Assembly (NCBI RefSeq): GCF_001194135.2
Contig: NC_068994.1
Location: forward strand, 14,318,093 to 14,355,694
Direction of reading: 5' to 3'
DNA from: Octopus bimaculoides
Taxonomy: Eukaryota
Length of the DNA: 37,602 bases
Below the pieces are notes generated by a model, which worked only from the letters and a program-made list of their open reading frames with translations, did not search any database and had not been told where the DNA came from. Below are positions 20,601 to 30,109 of the stretch, in pieces. The position numbers and the translations under genes are program-made. Each line of letters begins with the position of its first letter. Position 1 is the first letter of the stretch.

Positions 20601-23293
20601 NNNNNNNNNNNNNNNNNNNNNNNNNNNNNNNNNNNNNNNNNNNNNNNNNNNNNNNNNNNNNNNNNNNNNNNNNNNNNNAAAACACATAAAGCTCCACGAG
20701 GCTCCGGCAGGGGATGGTGGCAAACTCTGCTGTACTCTTTCACCACAACTTTCTATCACTCTTACTTCCTGTTTCTGTTGTGCCTGTAATTCAAAGGGTC
20801 AGCCTTGTCACACTGTGTCACGCTGAATATCCCCGAGAACTACATTAAGGGTACACGTGTCTGTGGAGTGCTCAGCCACTTGCACGTTAATTTCACGAGC
20901 AGGCTGTTCCGTTGATCGGATCAACTGGAACCCTCGACGTTGTAAGCAACGGAGTGCCAACAACAACTTTGTTTCTTAAACAATAATAGAATCTCCAGTT
21001 CCTCTTCCTCTAACCCTCTCCCACCATTAAAATGTCATTTCTGTAAAATTCTGTTATTTAGCTCTGTATTTTAGTCAAGTGGGTCCAATTCTTCTTGTAC
21101 TATGGTGGCTTATGTTCCTCAGTTACACTGGGAGCTATGCCATTGGAGTGTGAGCTCTTGATAAGGTCTTCCATGCAGGACAGATCAAAAGCTAGAGAGC
21201 AGACATATATAGTCTGCCTTTTCTCATAGATAAAGTTGAGTTTGTATAGGGCCAAAAACCCTACTTAGAACAAAGCAGTTATAGAATTCAGTAGCAAATT
21301 AAAATCAGTGCTAGTGTTGTAAACATTATCAGCTACACAAACTTGATGTATGTGTTTTGTTTGTTTGCCAGTTTGCTGCAGTAAAGCCCTTGAAGGATGA
21401 CTCTCTTATTGCACTAGGTGTTAAAACACCTGAAAAGTGATGCAACTCATCCCAGGAGTGGTACGCTATGATGATGCATACATAAGATTAAATTCAGTAA
21501 CAAATTAAAAGGGGAATGGGATCTAAGATGAGTTATCTCGCCTGTCTCCACAAACAGTGCAGTGGTTTGGTTTTTCTCTAAAATGATAGATTTGGTTGCT
21601 GTCCTAGCTGGAAAAATTGCAGGTTTTAACTCTTTAGCATTTAAGTTATGTTGTCAAATATAATGTTTGTTTATTCATATTGTTTTTAATTAATATCTCA
21701 CAGCATTGAGATTTTGATGATGGAGCTGTTTTTTTTTTAATTTTGATAGTGACATTGCAGGGTAGGTGTGAGAGGCTAGATCTGGCCATTTTAAACATAA
21801 AACAGGCAGAATATTTGGGCCAGATTTGACTGGTTTGAATTTTAAAGGATTAAGCACACTTTTAGGAGTACTCCATTTAGTCACTCAAAAAACAAACACC
21901 CTTAGTAATCTTAGACTATTGTTGATCATTGAAGGCTCTTGTTCAAAGTGCAGTGCAAGCTCTCTTGGCTGCATGGATGGGCTGTTGTTCTTTCAGTGCT
22001 AACGTTTACGCAGTTAACACCCTTTGCTTCTACTAACTAGTCATTTGAGAAATAGGAGAGGAACCAGGCAAACTGCAGGAAACATATCTTTATGGCTTCA
22101 TCAGGCGCACAACACAATGTCTCCTTTGAGTAAAAACTACCAATAGAAGAGAACATGACCAAAAACTGTGTGTACTCCATCCCATGCAGCTGTAAGGGTA
22201 GAGGAACATCACAAAGCTGTGACACAAGGAGATATTGATAAATTGGGTATAGCTGATCATGTATGGAAAAATGGAGACCACCTTCCCCTGTGAGATGAAG
22301 TTAAAATAATAGACAAAGAACACCACTGGAAAATATGAAAACTAAAAGCAGCAGCACATATATTAAGACACAACTTCCTAAGCAGATTGAGTGCAGATGT
22401 GAATAGCATATGGGAACCAGTATTAAGGAAGGATAGGAAAATATTAGAATATAAGCCCTAAAATTCACTCCATAATTGCCCATGGGCATATGGCATAGTG
22501 GTTAAGAGTGCAGGCTGCTGACTCCAAGATTCCGAGTTCTATTCCTGGCAGTGACCTGAATAATAATAATAACAACATCGAAAAATACCTTAGGAATGAG
22601 AACCCAGGTTCAAATTTCCCCAAGACACCTGATGAAGGCTGGAGGGTGTATCAGCCGAAACATTGTGTTAACAATAAACAAGACGAGGACAAATATCTGT
22701 CAAATGTAAATAATGTATATATGTAGATGTTTCTAAGTGTTTAATTCAAAATAATATTTTTCTCACCATTTATACGTTTTCATTACTTTATGATTTATTC
22801 TTTTTTTTTTTTTTATAGACTTATTCCAAGAGAATTTAATTTTTCACTGTCCAACAGCAAATCAAAAGATTCCAGTCAGCTTCCTTTACCACATTCCAAG
22901 AAAAAGCAAAGACTGCGACAACAAGATGGTGACAATTTTTCTAATAATACCCTTCACTCACAAGATGTCCTGAATTACTATCATCAAACAGCGCCTTATC
23001 AACAAGAACCCTATCCGCAATTGCCTTGTTATCAGGGGCCCTATCAACAGGGACGCTCTCAGCAGGGACGCTCTCAGCAGGGACCCTATCGACAGGGACG
23101 CTCTCAGCAGGGACCCTATCAACAGGGACGCTCTCAGCAGGGACCCTATCAACAGGGACGCTCTCGGCAGGGACCCAATCAACAGGGACGCTCTCGGCAG
23201 GGACCCTATCAACAGGGACCCTATCAACAGGGACGCTCTCAGCAGGGACCCTATCAACAGAGACGTTATCAGTATAAACACAGTAAATATTAA
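8632..23293 (+). CDS. DUSP11: DUSP11/PIR-1-like RNA 5'-triphosphatase (atypical dual-specificity phosphatase), multi-exon gene
   Basis: Phase-consistent GT-AG exons: 8632-8651, 9377-9452, 12614-12645, 15038-15125, 16339-16421, 17928-17974, 18570-18630, 19394-19440, [one exon not found], 22819-23293. Translation: MPRVPDRWEIYSKFGKIIKGTRFLPCKTPLRPNLTVSLADEMRFTPNDLIEAVPQIGLVVDFTNTKRYYNPIDFKIKEGIDYMKIYTEGKVIPKKEIISLFFETVDAFLKDSSKKNKIIVAHCTHGINRTGYFICRYMITKLNFPPQVAID. HCTHGxNRTGY is the RNA-triphosphatase P-loop. No guanylyltransferase domain is seen, so DUSP11 is favoured over RNGTT. Confidence 0.9.
9377..9452 (+). CDS. DUSP11: DUSP11-like exon 2 (RWEIYSKFGKIIKGTRFLPCKTPLRP)
   Basis: Acceptor cctcttttcag, donor gtgagt, GTRF..K.PL motif. 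Confidence 0.9.
11570..11925 (+). mobile_element. tRNA-headed SINE family E (DUSP11 intron 2)
   Basis: High similarity to 903-1272 and 16857-17238. Confidence 0.88.
12614..12645 (+). CDS. DUSP11: DUSP11-like exon 3 (NLTVSLADEM-R)
   Basis: Acceptor ttatctttcag, donor gtgaga. Phase 0 to 2 bridges exons 2 and 4 exactly. Confidence 0.75.
12859..13420 (-). mobile_element. Repeat family B with (GAT)n tail (RTE-LINE-like 3' end)
   Basis: (CAT)n-cgtttaatgtccgatttccatgctagcatgggttggacg. Other minus copies lie at about 2440-2560, 14248-14660, 15221-15520 and 23574-23720. Confidence 0.8.
13430..14015 (+). mobile_element. Cluster of three SINE family C copies
   Basis: Repeated gactttgcctttcatcctttcggggtcgataaaataagtaccag...tactggggtcgat motif. 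Further copies lie at about 30110-30490, 31678-31890 and 32490-32650. Confidence 0.8.
14021..14093 (+). pseudogene. tRNA-Lys(UUU) pseudogene
   Basis: 73 nt GCCTGCATAGCTCAGTCAGTAGACCATTAGACTTTTAATCTGAAGGTCACGGGGTCTTGTCCCTCTGTGGGTG aligns with canonical tRNA-Lys(TTT). The anticodon arm is intact, the D-stem and T-stem carry mismatches, and the T-loop/box B is degenerate (GTCTTGT). T5 at 14100-14104. Confidence 0.8.
15038..15125 (+). CDS. DUSP11: DUSP11-like exon 4 (FTPNDLIEAVPQIGLVVDFTNTKRYYNPI)
   Basis: Long poly-T tract then AG, donor gtaagt, conserved G..D.TNT.RYY motif. Confidence 0.92.
15739..16143 (+). mobile_element. Repeat family B, (GAT)n tail
   Basis: Ends cccatgctagcatggaaagcggacgttaaacgatgatgatgatgat. 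Confidence 0.85.
16339..16421 (+). CDS. DUSP11: DUSP11-like exon 5 (DFKIKEGIDYMKIYTEGKVIPKKEIIS-L)
   Basis: Acceptor tttttcag, donor gtgcgt, Y.KI...G..P pattern, phase consistent. Confidence 0.88.
16780..16815 (-). ncRNA. Minimal type I hammerhead ribozyme motif
   Basis: Minus strand reads gat CTGAAGA c GGAAT tgta ATTCC GAAA T AT C atc: intact core, 5-bp stem II, palindromic stem III, AUC triplet, only 3-bp stem I. Confidence 0.6.
16857..17238 (+). mobile_element. tRNA-headed SINE family E (DUSP11 intron 5)
   Basis: Near full-length copy ending ggagtgccaaca. Confidence 0.88.
17525..17753. mobile_element. Possible piggyBac-like MITE
   Basis: Ends TTAACCGTTAAGCA and CTAAAGGGTCAA. A related element lies at 21626-21853 and a half copy ends AAAGGGTTAA at 1815. 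All share the ctggccag/aatatttggg internal motif. Confidence 0.45.
17928..17974 (+). CDS. DUSP11: DUSP11-like exon 6 (FFETVDAFLKDSSKK)
   Basis: Acceptor ttcctatattccag, donor gtaagt, phase 2 to 1. Confidence 0.88.
18182..18303. repeat. Inverted pair of truncated SINE E heads (hairpin)
   Basis: gtggaggcgcaatggcccagtgg...cagcggactc versus gagtccgctgccctaatcactgggccattgcgcttccac. Confidence 0.9.
18570..18630 (+). CDS. DUSP11: DUSP11-like exon 7, catalytic P-loop (NKIIVAHCTHGINRTGYFIC-R)
   Basis: Acceptor atttttcag, donor gtaaga, HCxxGxxR signature. Confidence 0.95.
18737..19323 (+). mobile_element. Repeat family B, long copy filling most of DUSP11 intron 7
   Basis: Same body and (GAT)n tail as 15739-16143. 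Another plus copy lies at 25287-25528. Confidence 0.85.
19394..19440 (+). CDS. DUSP11: DUSP11-like exon 8 (YMITKLNFPPQVAID)
   Basis: Acceptor ctacatttcag, donor gtaagt. Completes CRY(M/L)...P..AID. Confidence 0.9.
19823..19953. repeat. About 60-bp-arm inverted repeat with 10-nt loop
   Basis: caaacaagggaatctagcac.cccactcagctcaaaacaatatc [gcaatacaca] gatattgttttgagctgagtggggagtgctagattcccttgtttg. Confidence 0.92.
20679..20967 (+). mobile_element. SINE family E, head hidden in gap
   Basis: Body and tail match the other copies, ending caacaac. Confidence 0.85.
21626..21853. mobile_element. Possible piggyBac-like MITE
   Basis: TTAACTCTTTAGCA...TTTAAAGGATTAA termini, internal similarity to 1720-1815. 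Confidence 0.45.
22150..22430 (+). mobile_element. Penelope-like element GIY-YIG endonuclease remnant
   Basis: NCVYSIPCSC...HKAVTQGDIDKLGIADHVWKNGDHLPL*DEVKIIDKEHHWKI*KLKAAAHI...SIWEPVL. Confidence 0.75.
22481..22722 (+). mobile_element. tRNA-headed SINE family D carrying a hammerhead-ribozyme motif
   Basis: Box A tggcatagtgg, box B-like gagttctattc, (AAT)n, then gacacCTGATGAaggctg..cagccGAAAC at 22624-22669. Confidence 0.8.
22819..23293 (+). CDS. DUSP11: Probable terminal exon of the DUSP11-like gene, low-complexity Q/G/P/Y/R/S tail
   Basis: Poly-T tract plus TAG acceptor at 22801-22818, then an open frame to TAA 23291-23293. The link to upstream exons is inferred because the bridging exon was not seen. 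Confidence 0.65.
23033..23272 (+). repeat. Coding minisatellite, 16 x 15 bp units (CAGGGACCCTATCAA / CAGGGACGCTCTCAG)
   Basis: Units read directly. They encode QGPYQ and QGRSQ/R pentapeptides, the last being QRRYQ. Confidence 0.95.
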
Positions 23294-24187
23294 CCTTATG
23301 AGCGACAACCCTATAATGTTTTAAGACACCAATATGGTATGTACAGCTTTGATGAGCAACCCAGTCAGCAAGGATTTCAGGGTCATAAGGGGCATTATAA
23401 CAGAAGATTTCCACATAGAGACCGGAGGCAGAATAGAAATGATTATTGACAACTGAGGTTGTTGTTGCATTTGCCAGTATACACACACTCTCACACACAC
23501 GTACACATGTATTTATCTCTATAAACATTTTTATATATACATATATACGTATATTTGTTTATTTATCCATCTATCATCATCATCATCATCATTGTTTAAC
23601 GTCTGCTTTCCATGCTAGCATGGGTTGGACAATTTGACTGAGGACTGATGAAACCGGATGGCAACACCAGGCTCCAATCTGATTTGGCAGAGTTTCTACA
23701 GCTGGATGCTCTTCCTAACATCTATCTATCTATATATATATATATATATATATATACATAATTAAGGGATCAACAAACAGTTGCTTCACCACATACTGAA
23801 GTTCAGAAATAGCAGCTANNNNNNNNNNNNNNNNNNNNNNNNNNNNNNNNNNNNNNNNNNNNNNNNNNNNNNNNNNNNNNNNNNNNNNNNNNNNNNNNNN
23901 NNNNNNNNNNNNNNNNNNNNNNNNNNNNNNNNNNNNNNNNNNNNNNNNNNNNNNNNNNNNNNNNNNNNNNNNNNNNNNNNNNNNNNNNNNNNNNNNNNNN
24001 NNNNNNNNNNNNNNNNNNNNNNNNNNNNNNNNNNNNNNNNNNNNNNNNNNNNNNNNNNNNNNNNNNNNNNNNNNNNNNNNNNNNNNNNNNNNNNNNNNNN
24101 NNNNNNNNNNNNNNNNNNNNNNNNNNNNNNNNNNNNNNNNNNNNNNNNNNNNNNNNNNNNNNNNNNNNNNNNNNNNNNNNNNNNNNN

Positions 24188-24232
<45 letters not shown>

Positions 24233-25559
24233 TACACACACGTTTTTGTATCTATGTATGTATATGTATGTGTGTGTATGTATGTTCGTTTATATATATA
24301 TATATATAGATAGATAGATTTGTACGTATATAGATTTATATGCATTTATTTTATTCCTGCATAATATTTTTTTTAATAGCATTTCAATGCTCATTGTATT
24401 AATTAAGAGAATACTTTCATAAATACATAAATATTATTATATATAAAACCTTTTGAGTATATTTGATGAGCAGAAACTGAAAGAAGTCCATCATGTGAGT
24501 GTGTGTGTGGTGTATGCTAATCTTGACATTGTACAATAGTTGTAAACATATTTCACTGTTACGCAAGCTGTGCTGCTTGTTTCTGATTCTCTGTGAAAGT
24601 TTATCCAACCTAAGGGAAATGTTATCTTGCTTAGAAACAGGTGGCAACAAGAAAGGCATCCGGTCAGAGACAGTCTGCCTCAGTGAATTCCATGTAACCC
24701 ATGCTCAGAACAAGTCATTACAGCTGTAAAAGTATAGGACAAACTATTACTTCAAGTAAAGTAAAGAATAAGAAACTTTTTACTTGAACATTGCAGCTAA
24801 AATTAAAATTTGAATATTAGAAGATAGTTTATTATAGTTTACAAATAACACTATCCTTATTTAAGTAGAATTTGGCTAATTTACTACGTTAAATACAGAA
24901 AAAAAGTGACTATTGAGACAAACTTAGAAATTAGCTGAACAGTTTTGTACAATAAATTTAAAAGATGAGAGCTGTAAAGAGTGATAAATTAGAAGAACTG
25001 TCATTCTTTGCTGCAATGTTTTAAGTAAAAATTTTCTTATTGTTTACTTGAAGTAATAGTTTGTCCTACACTTTTCCAGGTGTAACAACTTGTCCTGTAC
25101 TTTTCCAGGTTTATAATCTTAAGAATATTACTTTTTGTGCTTGCATTTTTCCATGTAATATATATAATGGGTTTCTTTGAATCTACCCTATATGAACTTT
25201 TGCTCCAAAATTTGGACCCCCATTCCACCAGTATATAAGAGAAAACTGGAAAAGGTACTTTGACAATTGCTTTATCATCTGGAATACACATAAAATGCAC
25301 CATTTTGAGCGTGGCTGTTGCCAGTACTGCCTGACTGGCCTTCGTGCGGGTGACACGTAAAAGCACCCACTACACTCTCTGAGTGGTTGGCATTAGGAAG
25401 TGCATCCAGCTGTAGAAACTCTGCCAAATCAGATTGGAGCCTGGTGTTACCATCCTGTTTCACCAGTCTTCAGTCAAATTGTCCAACCCATGCTAGCATG
25501 GAAAGCGGACGTTAAACGATGATGATGAATGAAACCTATGATAAACTTCTGGATTTCAA

Positions 25560-26110
25560 ATCCACACCGAAAAATATAAACTCCAATATTCAATTTACAA
25601 TGGAATATAGCAAGGAACAGCTCCCATTTCTGGACATTTTGATGATAAAAGAATCCCACTAACAAATGCAAAACTATACTCAATACATACAATACCAACA
25701 GTTAAAAGAATGCAGACGACCTAATTGTGGTACATGCCCATACCTAACTGAAGGTTCGGAATTCACATTCTAGCAAGGAGAAAAGTTCTCAATTAAGACC
25801 AACTTCACATGTGCTTCCCAGAATCTTATCTATGTACTAACCTGCTCAGGTTGTGGTCACAATTATATGGGTCAAACGTGCCTTACTTTGAGATGCAGAG
25901 TCACGCTGCATAAAGAATAGATTCGTTTTCCTCAATACAGGCAGATAGCTCTGAGCGAATATATCGACAGATGCACAAGAAATAAAACAATGAATTTCCA
26001 TATCTTTCCATTATACCAATGCAAAGATCCAATCTCCTTACAAGAACACCTAAACAAGGAAATCCTGTTCATGCAAAAGTACAGACCACACCTTAATATA
26101 CAAACTTAAC
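25560..26110 (+). mobile_element. Penelope-like element RT end plus GIY-YIG remnant
   Basis: NIQFTMEYSKEQLPFLDILMIK, then TNFTCASQNLIYVLTCSGCGHNYMGQTCLTLRCRVTLHKE*...KEILFMQKYRPHLN. Confidence 0.85.
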
Positions 26111-26179
26111 TACCTGATCCTTACATATTCCTATTCCAACAATTATACTGAGGAGTTTGTCCCCCTTACCACCTGTTGC

Positions 26180-26860
26180 CTCCCTTTGTCCAATCTCTGG
26201 ATTCATTCATTACTTTGCAAGTATCTAAAATGGCAAGACCCCTTTGTCATAAGAGGTACTAGAAAGAAGTTAGATAGCATTATAAGTAATGAAACCAGTG
26301 GCACCTGCTCTAGATATACAAGTAAAAACTGGAATAAGATACAAAGAGTTTGTGACAAAGCAAATGGGGTGAACACGTGGTACAAGACTGACAAATATCA
26401 AGGAGTGATGTTTGTAAAGGCCACGGCATATGGGGAACTAGCCTGTAGATTTAGGAAAGCAATAACGGTGGCTAAACTCAACATCGAGATCATTGAAAAA
26501 CCAAGGACCTCCATCAGATCACAACTATGTAGGACGTACCCCTTTGGTAAGTAAGGTTAACTCTAGCATTAACTGTAGAACTATAAATGTATCTACAGCA
26601 TAAGGTGCATAGAGGATGGTTGTGGAGACAAGAACATAATATGCATAGGTGAGACACTTAGAAGCATCGCGGAGAGACTAAATAAGCATTTGAGACAATA
26701 TGACGACAAAAAATAATCCTCCATATTCTACCAGCACGGAGGCACACTGGGTCAACTTGACATCTGCATTCTATCCCAGCCTCTGAAGGACCCAACACTC
26801 AGACAAGTACAAGAGTACATCTTCATTAGTGAAACCTCCTCAGTACTAAATAGGAAATAT
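26180..26860 (+). mobile_element. Second, different Penelope-like element remnant
   Basis: GVMFVKATAYGELACRFRKAI..IEKPRTSIRSQLCRTYPF, then IRCIEDGCGDKNIICIGETLRSIAERLNKHL (YIGET-type GIY-YIG half motif). Confidence 0.75.
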
Positions 26861-27512
26861 ACATGCAAGGTGTCATACCGCAATACCCAAAATTTATATA
26901 GTTACACAAACCCATGTACAGACACACAAATACACAAATGTGTAGTTATGCAGAATACATGCATATATATATATATATGCATACACACATGTAGAGTACA
27001 TACAAACGTGCACACATGCATACACAGACCCCTACATGTATGCACACACATACGCAGGCGCACAAACAAACAAAAAGAAACGCAGTTCTAATAACGAACA
27101 GTCAACAACTATGGAAACGTTTGCAAGACAACGAAAATTTTAGTAAAAATAATGAAGTAAATGAGTGGAAATCAGATTGGTGAGTGTGTTAAATTAATAA
27201 GTAACTAAAATGGAATGACTCTCACTAGACAATAATATATATACATATATACACACACAATTATATATATATATATAGGAGGGAGAATGTACGAAAAAAA
27301 ACAGACGAAGACAGGTGGTGTAAAAAACAAAAGGATGTATTAGTTTGACGCTCGGGAATNNNNNNNNNNCTCTTCAACAGAAAGAATATGGAGAAAAAAA
27401 ATTGAATGGTGTTTGGTCACCGATTAATCATGGCGTCTCATACATATATATATATATGTATAGATAGATACACACACACACACACACAAATATTATGCAT
27501 ATATATATGTAT

Positions 27513-27894
27513 AGGCGCAGGAGTGGCTGTGTGGTAAGTAGCTTACTTACCAACCACATGGTTCCGGTTTCAGTCTCAGTCCCACTGCATGGCACCTTGG
27601 GCTAGTGTCTTCTATAATAGCCTCGGGCCGATCAAAGCCCTGTGAGTGGATTTGATAGACGGAAACTGAAAGAATCCCGTCGTATATATATATATATATA
27701 TATATAGTTTGTCTGTGTTTGTCCCCTTGACAACCGATGCTGGTGTGTTTGCGTCCCCGTAATATAGTAGTTCGGCAAAAGCGACCGATAGAATAATTAC
27801 TAGGCTTACAAAGAATAAGTCCTGGAGTCGATCTGTTCGACTAAAGGCGGTGCTCCAGCATGGCCACAGTCAAATGACTGAAACAAGTAAAAGA
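27513..27894 (+). mobile_element. SINE-like repeat family A, near full length
   Basis: Head ggcgcaggagtggctgtgtggtaag...gttcagtc, body and tail as in 1-292. Diverged partial copies lie near 12195-12390, 16140-16600, 31140-31370 and 35560-35750. Confidence 0.85.
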
Positions 27895-27911
27895 ATATAT
27901 ATATATATTAT

Positions 27912-28058
27912 ATATACTTTATTTAAAAGCAGCAGAAATAAAACAAAAAGCTGTTACTCAGAGTTTCACGTTGTCGTTCGTCGGGTCCGACGAACGGGAA
28001 CGTGAAACTTTGAGTAACAGCTTTTGTTATATTTCTGCTGCTTTTAAATAAAGTATAT
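27912..28058. repeat. 147-bp near-perfect palindrome (fold-back)
   Basis: Arms atatactttatttaaaagcagcagaaat...cgttcgtcgg and ccgacgaacg...atttctgctgcttttaaataaagtatat, with a 2-nt centre. Confidence 0.95.
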
Positions 28059-28124
28059 TACTCTACCTCTGGCATTTGAGTACTCTTTTTTCCACCTTGT
28101 TTCACAAGTATATGCTTACTCCGG

Positions 28125-28155
<31 letters not shown>

Positions 28156-28470
28156 GCTGTATTGAAATATACACAAAAAGAATTAGACCTCAATATATCA
28201 AATATAGGATAGTGTAAAAAATATCAGGATATACAGTAAATTGTTGTCATAAAGAGGTATTCCGAGTTTCAAATAACCCACAAAGGTGGATCATCATCTT
28301 CAGCCAATGTATATAACATAGTTGTACACAGAAAAATAATTTTAAAATTGCATTGCATCGCTAAAGTTCAAGGGGAGCAACTCATGTAAAATTGAAAATA
28401 ACAAAAAACAAAAGAGTATGGAAGGGAAGTAACTCTAACATCTATATTGTGTGCAAATATATGTATATAT

Positions 28471-28501
<31 letters not shown>

Positions 28502-30109
28502 CAATAATACAAATAATATGTGAGTTTATGCATATATACGTACATGTATGTACATACCTACATCTACATGTATATATAGATGCATATCTGGGTACAGGAC
28601 GTCACAAAAAAAACGTGGACAAAATGAAAAACAGAGCACAGAAAACAAACAGGCCACATAGAGAACATTTCNNNNNNNNNNNNNNNNNNNNNNNNNNNNN
28701 NNNNNNNNNNNNNNNNNNNNNNNNNNNNNNNNNNNNNNNNNNNNNNNNNNNNNNNNNNNNNNNNNNNNNNNNNNNNNNNNNNNNNNNNNNNNNNNNNNNN
28801 NNNNNNNNNNNNNNNNNNNNNNNNNNNNNNNNNNNNNNNNNNNNNNNNNNNNNNNNNNNNNNNNNNNNNNNNNNNNNNNNNNNNNNNNNNNNNNNNNNNN
28901 NNNNNNNNNNNNNNNNNNNNNNNNNNNNNNNNNNNNNNNNNNNNNNNNNNNNNNNNNNNNNNNNNNNNNNNNNNNNNNNNNNNNNNNNNNNNNNNNNNNN
29001 NNNNNNNNNNNNNNNNNNNNNNNNNNNNNNNNNNNNNNNNNNNNNNNNNNNNNNNNNNNNNNNGTTAAAACTTACTTGCAAAAAGGACGCGTGCGTTCGA
29101 TCATATAATAATACAAATAATATGTGAGTATATGCATGTGTGTGTGCGTAGGAATATAGGTATGCATATATAGGTACAGGATGTCACAAAACGTGAACAA
29201 CATGAAATACGAAAATAACGTTGCGTACGCAAAGAACGAGAGAAACAATGGAAAACAAGACAAGTAACATAAAAAACGATACTTCATCAGGTGTCGGCTG
29301 TCGTTCTACTCCTTATTTCGAGCAATGAACGACAAGATAAAACTTTGAAGGCAGTTGCTCCCGCGAACCAAAATAAAATTTGGGATTTGCGGAGGGTCGA
29401 AGTTGGTAACAAAAACAGGACAAACAACAAACCAAAAGAAACGAATAGAAACAGGAAGGCCGCTAGACTCAGACGAGGTAAGATAGTGAACGCTGGAAGA
29501 ATATTCTTTGATAAGAGAAGAGACAGACAGGAATGCGTCTGGACTGCACAACAGACTAAAAGAAAAGAAAGATGATCACGTGAGGAAAGGAAAGATGGAC
29601 GATGGTCAAGTGCGAGTAAAGGAGGAAGAGAGAGAGAGATAGATAGAAAACGGTGAATGGGAGAAAAAAGAATTAGAGAGAGGATGAGAGAAAGCGAAAG
29701 GGTGAGAGAGAAAGAGAGGGAAAACAAGAAGAATCTTCTTCCAGCGTTCGCTGTATGTACATATGTGTGTATATATACAAATGTATACATATATTATTTA
29801 TATTATTATTTGATTGAACGTCATGCATCCATTTCCAAGTAAGTTTTATCTTATATATATATATATAAACTTACATATATGCATATATCCATACATATAT
29901 GTACATACCGACATCTATATGTATACATACAAGCATATATGGGTACAGGACATCACAAAAAACGTTAAACACAATGAGAAACGAAAACATAAAGACGAAG
30001 ACAGAAAACGAACTTTTTTTTCAAACAGAGAAACGAGACATGCAACATAAAGAGTATTACCCTTCCTTGCCTTCGAAACGCGGAGTAGATGGAGCAGGGA
30101 CAACTGAAG

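Noticed and set aside
22080-22110. Minus-strand cCTGATGAagcc half hammerhead
   Set aside because: No matching stem II partner or GAAA, so it is too decayed to call.
23033-23272. Repeat array resembling CRISPR or a similar system
   Set aside because: No unique spacers, eukaryotic context and in-frame coding, so it is a minisatellite.
22941-23528. Antisense and alternative-frame ORFs over the 15-bp repeat
   Set aside because: By-products of a stop-free minisatellite whose unit length is a multiple of three.
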